Virus record (IMG/VR): IMGVR_UViG_3300025168_000148
Coordinates: 1 to 46,761 of that record
From: a virus
Taxonomy: Duplodnaviria; Caudoviricetes
DNA length: 46,761 bases
Direction: 5' to 3' (one strand)
The notes below the pieces were generated by a model. The model worked only from the letters and a program-made list of their open reading frames with translations, did no database searches and had not been told where the DNA came from. Positions within the stretch are counted from its first letter, which is position 1. Every line of letters starts with the position of its first letter. The translations under genes and the position numbers were made by a program. This document shows positions 1-9,604 of the stretch, in pieces.

Positions 1-2
1 AG

Positions 3-317
3 CCTAAGAATTGGGATAAGCTATCTAAAGCAGATAGACAAAATTGGGGAGAATCAATAGTAAAAGATTATAGGTATCTATCAAGCCCTAATGAAATGCA
101 CGCAAGGATAAATGAAATTAGATATGGGTATTATTATAGTCCTGGTGAAAAAATAACAACAAAAGAAGCAGCTATGATATTAGAAGATATTAAGCTTGGT
201 AAAACCGAAATAGATCGTAACTGGGCAAAACTATTTAAAACTCCTGATGCTTTGAAAAAGATGATGAATACTGCTCCAGCAGTTGGCGCTGTTGCTGCAA
301 CAACATTACAAGAATGA
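3..317 (+). CDS. C-terminal part of a protein truncated by the window edge; possible zincin-like metallopeptidase
   Basis: The frame of the 96..317 ORF is open back to base 3 (PKNWDKLSKADRQNWGESIVKDYRYLSSPNEMHARINEIRY...). YLSSPNEMHAR resembles the Y-x3-P-x-E-x2-A-R segment found downstream of HExxH in phage zincins. The HExxH itself is not in the window. Confidence 0.5.
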   Translation, partial: PKNWDKLSKADRQNWGESIVKDYRYLSSPNEMHARINEIRYGYYYSPGEKITTKEAAMILEDIKLGKTEIDRNWAKLFKTPDALKKMMNTAPAVGAVAATTLQE

Positions 318-586
318 GAAAACTAGACGAAGACTTAGGTAAGATATACCATAAAGGAGATTTCTATTATCTTGAAAAGATATTTGAAGATTTAGGAGAA
401 CTTATTAGTGAAGAAAAAGAAATAAAAACAAGGGCAAAAAGACACGGATTTAAAATTATTAAAACTAACTGGGAAATGCAAAAGAATCCTTATTATTATA
501 TTCAAACTATAATGAATGATTCTAATGATAGTTATGTAGATGAATTAAGATACGTGTTTAAGGTAAAACTTAAATATACAAAGTAA
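314..586 (+). CDS. hypothetical protein (90 aa)
   Basis: ORF coupled to both neighbours (ATGA and TAATG overlaps); no recognisable motif. Confidence 0.7.
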   Translation: MRKLDEDLGKIYHKGDFYYLEKIFEDLGELISEEKEIKTRAKRHGFKIIKTNWEMQKNPYYYIQTIMNDSNDSYVDELRYVFKVKLKYTK

Positions 587-1116
587 TGTACTTACTCAAG
601 CTAAACAGGAAGGGCGACATATTTAAAGATGATGACGGGGTTACTGGAATACCAGAATTTCTTACACTCATTAAGAAAGAAAAATTCGGGCCTACGGCCC
701 TCAAGTGGGTTGCCCTAGTCTACGACTATGAAAGCCCATACAGGCATTATAGTGAAAGCGAAAGAGTTAAAGCTGTATCTAAAGATTTATACGATACTTA
801 TAATTGGAAAGGATCTAAAGATGCTACTTTAAAGGTTGCTTGTGATAAGTATTCTGAGTTACAATTTGATCCATTAGATGAACAGCTTATAGCATTTAAC
901 AATAAGATTAATCAATTTACTGCTCTTATTGATGGTATGCATCTTGATGAAGAAAATGCAGAGTTATTACAAAAACTGATGATAGGAGTGGAAAAGATAT
1001 TAAAGACAAGACAATCATTATTAGACGCTATAGATAGAAGAGGAGAAAGACAAAAGATAGCTGGTGATAAAGGTTTATCATTTTTAGAAAGAAGAAAAGA
1101 AATTAAAGAAATGTAA
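586..1116 (+). CDS. putative terminase small subunit
   Basis: 176-aa helical protein with a coiled-coil C-terminal half, shortly upstream of TerL. The call rests on position and size. Confidence 0.5.
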   Translation: MYLLKLNRKGDIFKDDDGVTGIPEFLTLIKKEKFGPTALKWVALVYDYESPYRHYSESERVKAVSKDLYDTYNWKGSKDATLKVACDKYSELQFDPLDEQLIAFNNKINQFTALIDGMHLDEENAELLQKLMIGVEKILKTRQSLLDAIDRRGERQKIAGDKGLSFLERRKEIKEM

Positions 1117-1118
1117 TT

Positions 1119-1298
1119 ATGAAAAAAGGTTTATATGCAAACATTCACGCTAAAAGAAAACGTGGAGAAAAAATGAGAAGTAAAGGTGATGCAGGCGCTC
1201 CGTCTGATCAAAACTTTAAAGATGCAGCCAAAACGGCAAAAGCTAATAAAGGCATGAAGTATTATAAAGGAGGAAGACTAAGGCCTCAAAAAGATTAA
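1119..1298 (+). CDS. small basic protein (59 aa), not in the ORF track
   Basis: ATG 1119 to TAA 1298, overlapping the next ATG (TAATG). Translation: MKKGLYANIHAKRKRGEKMRSKGDAGAPSDQNFKDAAKTAKANKGMKYYKGGRLRPQKD. Confidence 0.75.
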   Translation: MKKGLYANIHAKRKRGEKMRSKGDAGAPSDQNFKDAAKTAKANKGMKYYKGGRLRPQKD

Positions 1299-1519
1299 TG
1301 GCAGAAAAGAAAAATAAATATGAGCTGCAATATCTTTATAATTCTTATAAAAAATATTATAAAAGAGCAGATTTAGATAAAGCTAATAAGTATAATGATA
1401 TGGCATTACAGATGCATGGTGCAGATTTAAGAGAAAGGTATCATGCAAAGTTAGCGAAAAAAGAAGAAAACTCTGGCATGTTTGGATTAGGTAAATCTAA
1501 AAGATTAAAGTATGGGTAA
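1298..1519 (+). CDS. hypothetical protein (73 aa, basic)
   Basis: ORF coupled to the upstream gene and overlapping the TerL start by 8 nt. Confidence 0.7.
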   Translation: MAEKKNKYELQYLYNSYKKYYKRADLDKANKYNDMALQMHGADLRERYHAKLAKKEENSGMFGLGKSKRLKYG

Positions 1520-3329
1520 GATTAAGTTTGATCCACAAAGATATCGTCCTGTACCTAATGTTGGTCATCCAGATTTAAATCCAGATTCTGTTGCTTATCA
1601 AGAGTATTGGACTAAAGAAACTGATAGATGTCTTAATGGTTTTAAACCTAAAGGTATGAAGCATATATCTGGTAAATATTATTTTTATCTAAATTACTAT
1701 ATGATACTTGGTAATGATGGAACTACAGGTAATCGTAAGACTTTGATACACCCTTGGTATAGAGCTATGGATCATGAGTATTTTGATACTATAGAATTAT
1801 GTAAGGAAGAGGGTAAGGGTATGATTGTTATTAAAGCAAGGGATAAAGGGTTCTCATATATGAACTCTGGCGCTGTAGCACATGAATATACATTCTTTCC
1901 TTTTAATGATGTAGGTGTAGCGGCAGGATTACAGGTTACAGCTGATGCATTCTTTGATAAAACTAGAAAAGGACTTAATGGTATACATCCTAACTTTAAA
2001 CACTCTGTGCTTAAGGATACTGATGGTATAATGAGGTCTGGATATAAACAAAAAAATAAAGATGGCAAGTGGGAGATAGGTGGTTATCAGTCTAATATCA
2101 TATGTAGAACAATGGATAATCCAGAAGTATTTAAAGGAGAGAGGGTTTCACTTATGATATTTGAAGAAGCTGGAGAGTTTAAGAAACTTAAGAATGCTTA
2201 TATGTCATCTAAAGCTTGCTTTATGGATGGGGATATACAATTTGGTGTTCCTATTGTAGGTGGTACTGGTGGTGATATATCTAAGGCATCTAAAGATTTT
2301 ATGGATATGTATTACAGTCATGATGCTTATAACTTAATACCTATGTTTATTCCAGCATCAAAAGCATATTATGGATTCTTTGATATAAATACAGGAAAAG
2401 AAGACGAAATAGGAGCAAGAGAAAAGCTTATAGAAGACAGGGAAGATATACAGAAGTCTGGAGACAACGAAGCTTATAACTTACATATACAAAATTACCC
2501 TTTAACTGTAGAAGAGGCGTTCTTAAATACACACTCTTCAAGATTTGATATTGCTTTATTAAACGCACAAAGATCTAGAATATTGTCTAGTAAAGATAAT
2601 AGAAGTCAAATACAAAAAGGATACTTAGATTGGCAGCTAGGAGAAGGAGATCCTACAGTAACATGGAGGCCAAATCCTAATGGTCCTTATAAAATATTAG
2701 TTCATCCCGAGCCAGAATATAAGAATTTAGATATAGGAGGAATAGATAGTTATGATCAAGATCAAGCTGGAGCATCAGATTCTTTGGGTAGTGCGATAAT
2801 TTATCGTAGATTTGCAAATACTAATATGTCAAGCGATTACGTGGTTGCTGAGTACACAGATCGTCCTAAGAAGAAAGAAGATTTTTGGGATGGTTGTTTA
2901 AAACTTGCAGTATATTACAACTCAAAAATGTTAGTAGAATATACAAAGATAGGTATTCTAGATTACTTTAAGCGAATGAATGCTTTAAAGTATTTAAAAG
3001 AAAAACCAGAGTCTGCACATAACCCTGGAACAAAAACTAGAAACAGATATGGTGTGCATATGAATAAACAAGTAAAAGCTCTATTGGAAGATTTAATAGA
3101 TGACTACTTAAGAGAGAGCGTACAAGATATATGGTTTTTAGATTTGATAGATGAGCTTGCTAATTATGGATTACAAAATACTGACCGTGCTATGGCGTTT
3201 GGTCTTTGCTTAATTCATAATATAGATAATTATAGGATTCAAGCTAGCGCAAAAGAAGAAGAAGTAAAAGATATAGGTTTCAAATATTATAAAATGGGAT
3301 ACAATGGTGTGCCAACACAAATAAATTAA
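1512..3329 (+). CDS. terL: terminase large subunit
   Basis: Walker A-like VIKARDKGFS, Walker B LMIFEEAGEF, motif III VGGTGG, and RNase H-like nuclease motifs IGGIDSYD, MLVEY and NTDRAMA. Lies immediately upstream of the portal. Confidence 0.95.
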   Translation: MGKIKFDPQRYRPVPNVGHPDLNPDSVAYQEYWTKETDRCLNGFKPKGMKHISGKYYFYLNYYMILGNDGTTGNRKTLIHPWYRAMDHEYFDTIELCKEEGKGMIVIKARDKGFSYMNSGAVAHEYTFFPFNDVGVAAGLQVTADAFFDKTRKGLNGIHPNFKHSVLKDTDGIMRSGYKQKNKDGKWEIGGYQSNIICRTMDNPEVFKGERVSLMIFEEAGEFKKLKNAYMSSKACFMDGDIQFGVPIVGGTGGDISKASKDFMDMYYSHDAYNLIPMFIPASKAYYGFFDINTGKEDEIGAREKLIEDREDIQKSGDNEAYNLHIQNYPLTVEEAFLNTHSSRFDIALLNAQRSRILSSKDNRSQIQKGYLDWQLGEGDPTVTWRPNPNGPYKILVHPEPEYKNLDIGGIDSYDQDQAGASDSLGSAIIYRRFANTNMSSDYVVAEYTDRPKKKEDFWDGCLKLAVYYNSKMLVEYTKIGILDYFKRMNALKYLKEKPESAHNPGTKTRNRYGVHMNKQVKALLEDLIDDYLRESVQDIWFLDLIDELANYGLQNTDRAMAFGLCLIHNIDNYRIQASAKEEEVKDIGFKYYKMGYNGVPTQIN

Positions 3330-3333
3330 GATT

Positions 3334-5649
3334 ATGGAAAATAGATACAAATCAATGCCTTCAATGGTGGTTTCAGAAAAAGAAAAAACAAAAGACTGGT
3401 GTAGGCAAGTTTTAAATGCCATAACAAGCTATATGGGATCAGAAGGTGGTGAGCATTATGCTTCAAGGGCTAAAGATATTAGAAACTACCAAATATATAA
3501 TGGTGTATTAAGTCAAGGAGATTATAAATATATAACAGAGCAGTATGGACTTACTTACCCAGCTAGATTAGTTAACTATCCTATTATAACTCCTAAAATT
3601 GATTTATTAATTGGTGAAGAATTAAGAAGGCCTATTGATATGAAGGTTACTACAGTTAATAAGAATGCTGTTATTAGAAAGCATGATCATAAAGTTGGAT
3701 TAATGATGAGAGATCTTTTGTCAGAATTTCATGGTGAAATGAAAGAAAAAATGAATATTGATATATTAGGCGAGGGAGATACTATTCCAATTCCAGAAGA
3801 CATAGATACTTATATGAAATATAATTATCGTGAGATGGTAGAAGAAACAGCTCAAGATGGATTAGAGTATATAACAAACAGATATAATATTAAAGATGTT
3901 TTTAAAGAAGGATTTAGAGACTTACTTATAACTGGTAAAGAATTTTATAAAGTCAATATACAAAATGGAGATCCTTACGCAAGAAGAGTAGATCCTAGAA
4001 ATATAGTATTTGATGATTCTTTTCATTCAGATTATTTAGATGAAGCTACTTGGGTGGGTGAAGAAAGATGGTTGTCTATTAATGAAATTAATGATGAATA
4101 TAAAAATGACTTATCTACAGATGACTTATTAGAGCTTGATAAAATGAGAAATCTATATTTAGGTGGAGACTTAAATAATTATAATAGTAGCTTTGAATGG
4201 GTAGATGTTGCTCATGGTAGAGAAGCAAGAATACGTGTAGTTAGTGCTGAATGGAAATCGCTTCGTGCTATTAAATTCAAACTATCTGATAATAAATATG
4301 ATCCATCAAGACCATTTAGAAAAATGGTAAAAGACACATACAAAAAAAGAAAAGGAGAAAAGATTGAAACTAAATGGGTGGATGATGTTTGGGAAGCTAC
4401 TCTAATAGGTGGTAAAATTTTAACTAATGCAAACAGAAGAGATAATCAAATTAGAAGCATAGATGATCCAGGTAAAACTCCATTGTCTTATACTGGATGT
4501 ATAAAAGGTAATACTACTGGTGCTACAGCATCTCTTGTAGATTTACTTGATAATATACAAATGCTTTATAATATTGTTGTTTATCAAATAGAGCTTGCTA
4601 TGGCTCGTTCAGGTGGTAAAGCTGTAGTGTATGATACATCACAATTGCCTACTAATTTAGGTATGGATATACAGCAGGTTTTATACCACTTAAAAACAGA
4701 TGGTATTATTCCAATAAATTCTAAAGATGAAGGTAATCAAATGAGTACTTTTAATCAGTTTCAACAAATTGATTTTACATTATCACAATCTGTACAGCAA
4801 CTTATTAATCTAAAAGTAATGTTAGAAGAAATGGCTGGAAATATTTCTGGAGTTACTAGACAAAGAGAAGGAGCTGTAGGTGAATATGAGTATGTAGGTA
4901 ATGTTCAAAGAAGTGTAGTACAATCTGCTACTATTACAGAAAGTTGGTTTTATTCTCATGGAGAATGTAAGCAAAGAGTTCTAGAAAGATTATGTAATTT
5001 AATGAAAGTTGCTTGGGCTGGTGGTAAGAAAGCTGGGATGATATTAGGAGATGGGGCTTATAAATTTTTAAATATTATGCCAGATATTGCATTGCAAGAT
5101 TTTGGTGTTTATGTAGGTGATAGCGGTAAAGATGATTCTATGAAGCAAGTAGTACAACAATTATCTCAAGCTGCATTACAATCAGGTACTATTGACATGC
5201 TAGGTGTTATTAAAGTTTTAAGAGCTGACACAATGACTGAAGCTGAAAAAGTATTAGAGCAAGCTATGACTGAAATGCAGAAACAGCAACAACAAACTAT
5301 GCAAGAGCAAGCTCAGATGCAACAAGCTGCTGCTGAACAAGAGCAAGCTAAGTTTCAAGCTGAAGCACAACTTAAACAAATGGATAATGAAGCTAAACTA
5401 CAAGTTGCTCAAATTGCTGCAGAATCTAGACTTGAAGTTGCTAAGATACAGGCTGATGTAGATAGAGATTTACATGATACTAAAGAAAGAAATGAAATGG
5501 ATAAAAAAGCAGCTGATTATTATATTGAAAGAAAAAATAGAGAATCTGAATTAGATAGAGAAGATGAAAAAGAAGGACAGGAGAGGTCTAGAACATCTGG
5601 ATCAACTACAAGTTCTGATAGTCTGAAAAAAGCAGCACAGAAAATATAA
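3334..5649 (+). CDS. portal protein
   Basis: 771 aa directly after TerL. Has crAss-type portal segments (NYPIITPKIDLLIGEE, ISGVTRQREG, VGNVQRSV) and a Gln/Glu-rich coiled-coil C-terminal barrel. Confidence 0.9.
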   Translation: MENRYKSMPSMVVSEKEKTKDWCRQVLNAITSYMGSEGGEHYASRAKDIRNYQIYNGVLSQGDYKYITEQYGLTYPARLVNYPIITPKIDLLIGEELRRPIDMKVTTVNKNAVIRKHDHKVGLMMRDLLSEFHGEMKEKMNIDILGEGDTIPIPEDIDTYMKYNYREMVEETAQDGLEYITNRYNIKDVFKEGFRDLLITGKEFYKVNIQNGDPYARRVDPRNIVFDDSFHSDYLDEATWVGEERWLSINEINDEYKNDLSTDDLLELDKMRNLYLGGDLNNYNSSFEWVDVAHGREARIRVVSAEWKSLRAIKFKLSDNKYDPSRPFRKMVKDTYKKRKGEKIETKWVDDVWEATLIGGKILTNANRRDNQIRSIDDPGKTPLSYTGCIKGNTTGATASLVDLLDNIQMLYNIVVYQIELAMARSGGKAVVYDTSQLPTNLGMDIQQVLYHLKTDGIIPINSKDEGNQMSTFNQFQQIDFTLSQSVQQLINLKVMLEEMAGNISGVTRQREGAVGEYEYVGNVQRSVVQSATITESWFYSHGECKQRVLERLCNLMKVAWAGGKKAGMILGDGAYKFLNIMPDIALQDFGVYVGDSGKDDSMKQVVQQLSQAALQSGTIDMLGVIKVLRADTMTEAEKVLEQAMTEMQKQQQQTMQEQAQMQQAAAEQEQAKFQAEAQLKQMDNEAKLQVAQIAAESRLEVAKIQADVDRDLHDTKERNEMDKKAADYYIERKNRESELDREDEKEGQERSRTSGSTTSSDSLKKAAQKI

Positions 5650-5660
5650 TAAATATTTTG

Positions 5661-5670
5661 TATATTTGCA
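5661..5670 (+). promoter_or_regulatory. Bacteroidota-type -7 promoter element (TATATTTGCA)
   Basis: Matches the TAnnTTTG consensus; intergenic, about 30 nt upstream of the scaffold gene start. Confidence 0.65.
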
Positions 5671-5690
5671 AACTGGGAGTATTAACTAAA
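5671..5690 (+). promoter_or_regulatory. repeated 20-bp upstream element, copy 1 (AACTGGGAGTATTAACTAAA)
   Basis: 19/20 identical to 9605..9624; both copies end exactly 10 nt before an ATG. Confidence 0.7.
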
Positions 5691-5700
5691 TTAAAATAAA

Positions 5701-6720
5701 ATGGCAGAAGAATCAAAATTAGTAGAAGAGGTTGTGGAAAGCAGTGAATCTACAGCAACTGAAGGGGTTGAGAATAAATTTAATCCTTTAGCGTTTACAG
5801 AAGATGTTTATAATGAAGAAGAAACAAAAGAAGTAGAAGGAACAAAAGAAGTAGAAGGAACAAAAGATACGGAAGAAGTTGAGTCTACAGATGAAGAAGC
5901 TACAGATGATAAATGGGCTTGGGATTCTAAAACAGAAGATAAAGAAGAGGAAAAAGAGGAAGAGTATAATTGGGAAGGAACTGAAGAATCAACGGAAGAA
6001 ACTCCTACTGCTCAAGAATCTTTAAATTGGGCTAAGGTTGGTGAAGAACTTGGAATTGAAATAGAATCTAAAGATCAATTTGTTCAAGCGCTAAATTCTT
6101 TACAGCAACAAGCGCAACAACCAAAAGCTACAACTAATGATCAAGCGTCAGAGCTTAGATCTTATTTAAATTTTTCAGATAGAGATTTAGTTGCTGAAGA
6201 ATTAAAAGCTGATGGTATTGAGGATTCAGAAATTGAAGAGTCTTTAGATAAGTTAGAGGATTCTGGAATGATGAAAATGAAAGCTAAAAGTATTAGAAGA
6301 GTTATTAATAATGCTATTGATCAACAAACAACTCAAGCTAAACAACAAGCTCAACAAGCAACACAACAAAGGAAACAACAAGCAGAGAACGCAAAGAAAG
6401 AATTAAAGACACAGATCAAAGACATGAATGAATTCATGGGTGGGAAAGTAACAAAAAAACAGAAAGAAGAAGTCTATAGATATGCTACAGGCGATATGAT
6501 GAATGAAATATACAAAGATCATGCCAATGTTGCTGATGTTGCTATGTTCATGTTATATCGTAAGCAGATTGAAAAGATTCTTCGTTCTCAAGGATTGGAA
6601 GACGGCAAAGCCGCTGTTATGGACAGTATAGTTTCTCCAAACCTTAACACTGGAAAAAGCAAATCTAACTTCAAGGTGAAGTCAGGCGAGTTTGATCCGA
6701 AAGCGTTCATGAGCGAGTAG
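5701..6720 (+). CDS. putative capsid scaffolding / head assembly protein
   Basis: Highly acidic disordered N-terminus followed by a coiled coil; sits between portal and MCP as in crAss-like phages. Confidence 0.75.
   Translation: MAEESKLVEEVVESSESTATEGVENKFNPLAFTEDVYNEEETKEVEGTKEVEGTKDTEEVESTDEEATDDKWAWDSKTEDKEEEKEEEYNWEGTEESTEETPTAQESLNWAKVGEELGIEIESKDQFVQALNSLQQQAQQPKATTNDQASELRSYLNFSDRDLVAEELKADGIEDSEIEESLDKLEDSGMMKMKAKSIRRVINNAIDQQTTQAKQQAQQATQQRKQQAENAKKELKTQIKDMNEFMGGKVTKKQKEEVYRYATGDMMNEIYKDHANVADVAMFMLYRKQIEKILRSQGLEDGKAAVMDSIVSPNLNTGKSKSNFKVKSGEFDPKAFMSE
5823..5867 (+). repeat. in-frame 18-bp tandem repeat (AACAAAAGAAGTAGAAGG x2.5; TKEVEG)
   Basis: Read directly from the sequence. 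Confidence 0.9.
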
Positions 6721-6812
6721 GTCTATAGAAGTAAGACAATGTCTGCTTAAGGTTGAAAGTTAATTGAGCAAAATAATAATAATGTTTAATTAATTTAAAA
6801 AAAATTTAAAAA

Positions 6813-8348
6813 ATGGCTTCAATTTATACTGGTACTTACGGAAGTAGTACCACTGCCGAGAATGCCTTGAATACTGCACTTATGCAATACCCAGAGATCG
6901 CAAGAACTCTAGTAAAGCAGTATCCTCGTTATTCTGCGACTTATTTGTTAGAGCGTACAGGTCGCTACGCTAAAGAACAAGTTTTAGGAGATAATTCATT
7001 TGAATGGAAAGTGTTAGGTAGATACAATGCTCCTACTTACATGACAGGACATTTCTCTACAGGCGGTGCTACATTTACAGCAGCTGCTTCTGTTACTACA
7101 ACAACAGGAACTGCTATTGATGATGCAGATGCTGATGGTGATGCGTTCTATTTAATTTGTGATGGCACAACTGCTGGAAGAACTGGTAATTTCCTTAACA
7201 AATGGGATATGGTTCGTTTTCAATCAGGAGCTACTGCTGTTGTAATTGAAGATGCTATCGCTAATAATTCTTCATCTGGTGCTGCAACTGATTATATCAT
7301 TAAGTTTGAAATTATAGATGGTGCAAATAATCCTCTACAAACTGCTGATATCACTGATGAAGCTATCGTTGCTTCTATTGGTTCTGCATTCCCTAATGGG
7401 TCTGATGGTGCTGATGTAGGTGAAAATAATGTATTACCTTCTACACATAGAAACTACTTAACTACAATGCGTAAGAAGACTTCTATTACTGGTAAAGGTC
7501 TTACTGATGTAACTTGGATTGAGAACAATGGTTCAAAGTTATGGTACTTTACACAAGAGCAAATGATGATGGATGAGTTTATGTACCAACAAGAATTACA
7601 AAGATGGTATGGAAGAACTTCTATTACTAACGCTGTAGGTTCTTATGCTACTGCTCCAACTGCAAGTACTCTTGGTACTTCTGGTACACAAGCTACTTCA
7701 ATGGTAACTGGTGATGGTTTACTAGCTCAAATTGATTCTTCTAATCAAGCTTCTTATTCATTAGGAACTTTAACTGAAGATATCATTACTGAGTTTATTG
7801 CTAAATTATCATTAAATGCTACTTCTGCTGAAGGTAACGAGTGGGTTGTATTTACTGGTACTGAAGGAAGACTTGCTTTTCATAGAGCTATGAAAGATAT
7901 GATTGTTGCTCCAGCTGGTGCAATGACTGGTGGTTCTATGTCAGGAGTTAAAGGTGATGTAGCACTTGGTGCAAACTTTACTTCTTACTATGCTTTAGGA
8001 AACAAAATAACAATGGCTTACTGTCCTGCGTTTGATGATCCTAATTTACACTCTTCTGCTGGTGGAACCAATTCATTTGGTGACAACAGATTAAAAGAGT
8101 CTGCTAAGATGGTATTTCTAGATTTCGGAAAAACTTCTGGTATTTCTAACATTGAGTTAGTTACTAAAGGTGCTGAAGGAATCAATAGAAGTATGATCAA
8201 GAAATATGTAGCTGGAATGGTGAACCCTTATGACCAAAAATCAATGTTGGCTGCTAACGCTGATGACAAATTTGAATGCCACGTGCTTTCAGAGTCTGGA
8301 ATCGTTGTTAGAAACCCATTGTCTTGTGGTGTATTAAGTGCATCTTAA
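6813..8348 (+). CDS. major capsid protein
   Basis: 511 aa after portal and scaffold, with strongly biased T/A-ending codons suggesting high expression. HK97-like segments: NYLTTMRKKTSITG, GDGLLAQI, VVFTGTEG, ESGIVVRNP. Confidence 0.88.
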   Translation: MASIYTGTYGSSTTAENALNTALMQYPEIARTLVKQYPRYSATYLLERTGRYAKEQVLGDNSFEWKVLGRYNAPTYMTGHFSTGGATFTAAASVTTTTGTAIDDADADGDAFYLICDGTTAGRTGNFLNKWDMVRFQSGATAVVIEDAIANNSSSGAATDYIIKFEIIDGANNPLQTADITDEAIVASIGSAFPNGSDGADVGENNVLPSTHRNYLTTMRKKTSITGKGLTDVTWIENNGSKLWYFTQEQMMMDEFMYQQELQRWYGRTSITNAVGSYATAPTASTLGTSGTQATSMVTGDGLLAQIDSSNQASYSLGTLTEDIITEFIAKLSLNATSAEGNEWVVFTGTEGRLAFHRAMKDMIVAPAGAMTGGSMSGVKGDVALGANFTSYYALGNKITMAYCPAFDDPNLHSSAGGTNSFGDNRLKESAKMVFLDFGKTSGISNIELVTKGAEGINRSMIKKYVAGMVNPYDQKSMLAANADDKFECHVLSESGIVVRNPLSCGVLSAS

Positions 8349-8374
8349 TTATTAACCTTTAAAAATTAGAAAAT

Positions 8375-8674
8375 ATGAGAAGTGTATTATATATAGCTAA
8401 AGATGCTGATGAGGCTGTAGCAATTCCAACTGATAATGTTCGTTTAATTCATCCTGAAAGTGCAACTGTTGTTGCAGTTTATTTTTCAGGAACAACTGGA
8501 GCGGCAGGATCTTTAAATTTAACTGTAACTAGTGGTCAAGCTTATAATGTTATAAGAGCAATAGCTAAAGCATTAGTTGGAGGTAAAGGAGTTGTAACAA
8601 TTGCTGACGATATAGCTGGTGCTTATTGTCATTCTGGCATAGAAGCTGTTGCAGCTGTAACTATTAGTGCGTAA
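8375..8674 (+). CDS. putative minor capsid / decoration protein (99 aa)
   Basis: Small Ala/Val-rich beta-type protein directly after the MCP; positional call. Confidence 0.5.
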   Translation: MRSVLYIAKDADEAVAIPTDNVRLIHPESATVVAVYFSGTTGAAGSLNLTVTSGQAYNVIRAIAKALVGGKGVVTIADDIAGAYCHSGIEAVAAVTISA

Positions 8675-8686
8675 CAACAATTAACT

Positions 8687-8776
8687 GGTATTTGTGAATA
8701 GATAGCCTATGCGCATGAATACCTCAATAAATAACTTGGTAGAGGGGGGTAAAAAATAAAAACCCCCCAATACTAC
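8687..8776 (+). other. two adjacent intergenic stem-loops
   Basis: First: GGTATTTGTG...CATGAATACC with inner ATAG/CTAT (8687..8723). Second: GTAG-A-GGGGGGT-loop-ACCCCCC-AATA-CTAC (8739..8776). No U-tract follows on the + strand. Confidence 0.6.
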
Positions 8777-8791
8777 AAAATAAATAATAAA

Positions 8792-9343
8792 ATGGCTTTA
8801 AAATTTAGTTTTAATAAATTAAGAACTTCAGTAGCAGGTTTTCTTACAGGTTTAGATGCTGCTGGAACTTCACTTACAGGTGGAGAAGAATCAATATTTG
8901 TACCAAAAATGAGATTAGCAAAAAGAATCGTAGATTGGAGTGCGGCTCTAGCTTTGACTCCTGCTGATAGTGGTTCTTGGATAGTAGCTTCAGATGCTAC
9001 TGCTGGTGTGTTAACTTTACCAGATGCTGCAGCTAATGCTGGAGTATGCTATGAAATTTTCATACAAAAAGCACAAACAGGTAATACTCATATCTTAGCT
9101 ACAGCTGGAGATTACTTTGAAGGTGCTGTACTTATGTCTGATGCAGATACTGCTACAGAGAATATGGCTCTTTGGGTAGCTAATACTGCAGAAGATGATG
9201 CTATTAATTTAGACTCTGATGCAAAAGGTAGACTAGCTGGAGGATATATTATGTTAGTTTGCGATGGCACTAAATGGCACGTACAAGGTAGATTAAATGG
9301 TACTGGTACTATTGCTACTCCGTTCCATACTGCTGAATCGTAA
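8792..9343 (+). CDS. putative head fibre / decoration protein (183 aa)
   Basis: LTPADSG...LTLPDAA...G...CDGTKWHV pattern typical of phage fibre beta-sandwich domains; located in the capsid module. Confidence 0.5.
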   Translation: MALKFSFNKLRTSVAGFLTGLDAAGTSLTGGEESIFVPKMRLAKRIVDWSAALALTPADSGSWIVASDATAGVLTLPDAAANAGVCYEIFIQKAQTGNTHILATAGDYFEGAVLMSDADTATENMALWVANTAEDDAINLDSDAKGRLAGGYIMLVCDGTKWHVQGRLNGTGTIATPFHTAES

Positions 9344-9368
9344 AATTAAGTATGTAAATTTGAGTTTC

Positions 9369-9388
9369 GGGGGAGCTTCGGTTCCCCC
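9369..9388 (+). terminator. GC-rich hairpin with cUUCGg tetraloop (terminator or processing/stability hairpin)
   Basis: GGGGGAGC-TTCG-GTTCCCCC after the capsid genes; the downstream U-tract is weak (AAAATTCTTATCTTTG). Confidence 0.65.
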
Positions 9389-9396
9389 AAAATTCT

Positions 9397-9404
9397 TATC
9401 TTTG
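9397..9404 (+). promoter_or_regulatory. Bacteroidota-type -7 promoter element (TATCTTTG)
   Basis: TAnnTTTG match right after the hairpin and 4 nt before the ATG at 9409. Confidence 0.5.
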
Positions 9405-9408
9405 TAAG

Positions 9409-9603
9409 ATGAAAACAAGATTAGTAGTAAGGGATGGGAAGGTAATAGAGTTAAAAGAAGGAGAAGAACTAAGCAAACTAAAAGAAACACGTTTCCATAT
9501 AGGAGGTAAATCTGGTTTTAAATGGCTAAAAAAGTCACCCAGTAAAGCATGGATTTCAGGAGACAAAATTTATAAAAGAAAACAAGATAGAAGATTATCT
9601 TAA
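9409..9603 (+). CDS. hypothetical basic protein (64 aa)
   Basis: Lys/Arg-rich ORF filling the intergenic gap. Confidence 0.6.
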   Translation: MKTRLVVRDGKVIELKEGEELSKLKETRFHIGGKSGFKWLKKSPSKAWISGDKIYKRKQDRRLS

Positions 9604-9604
9604 T

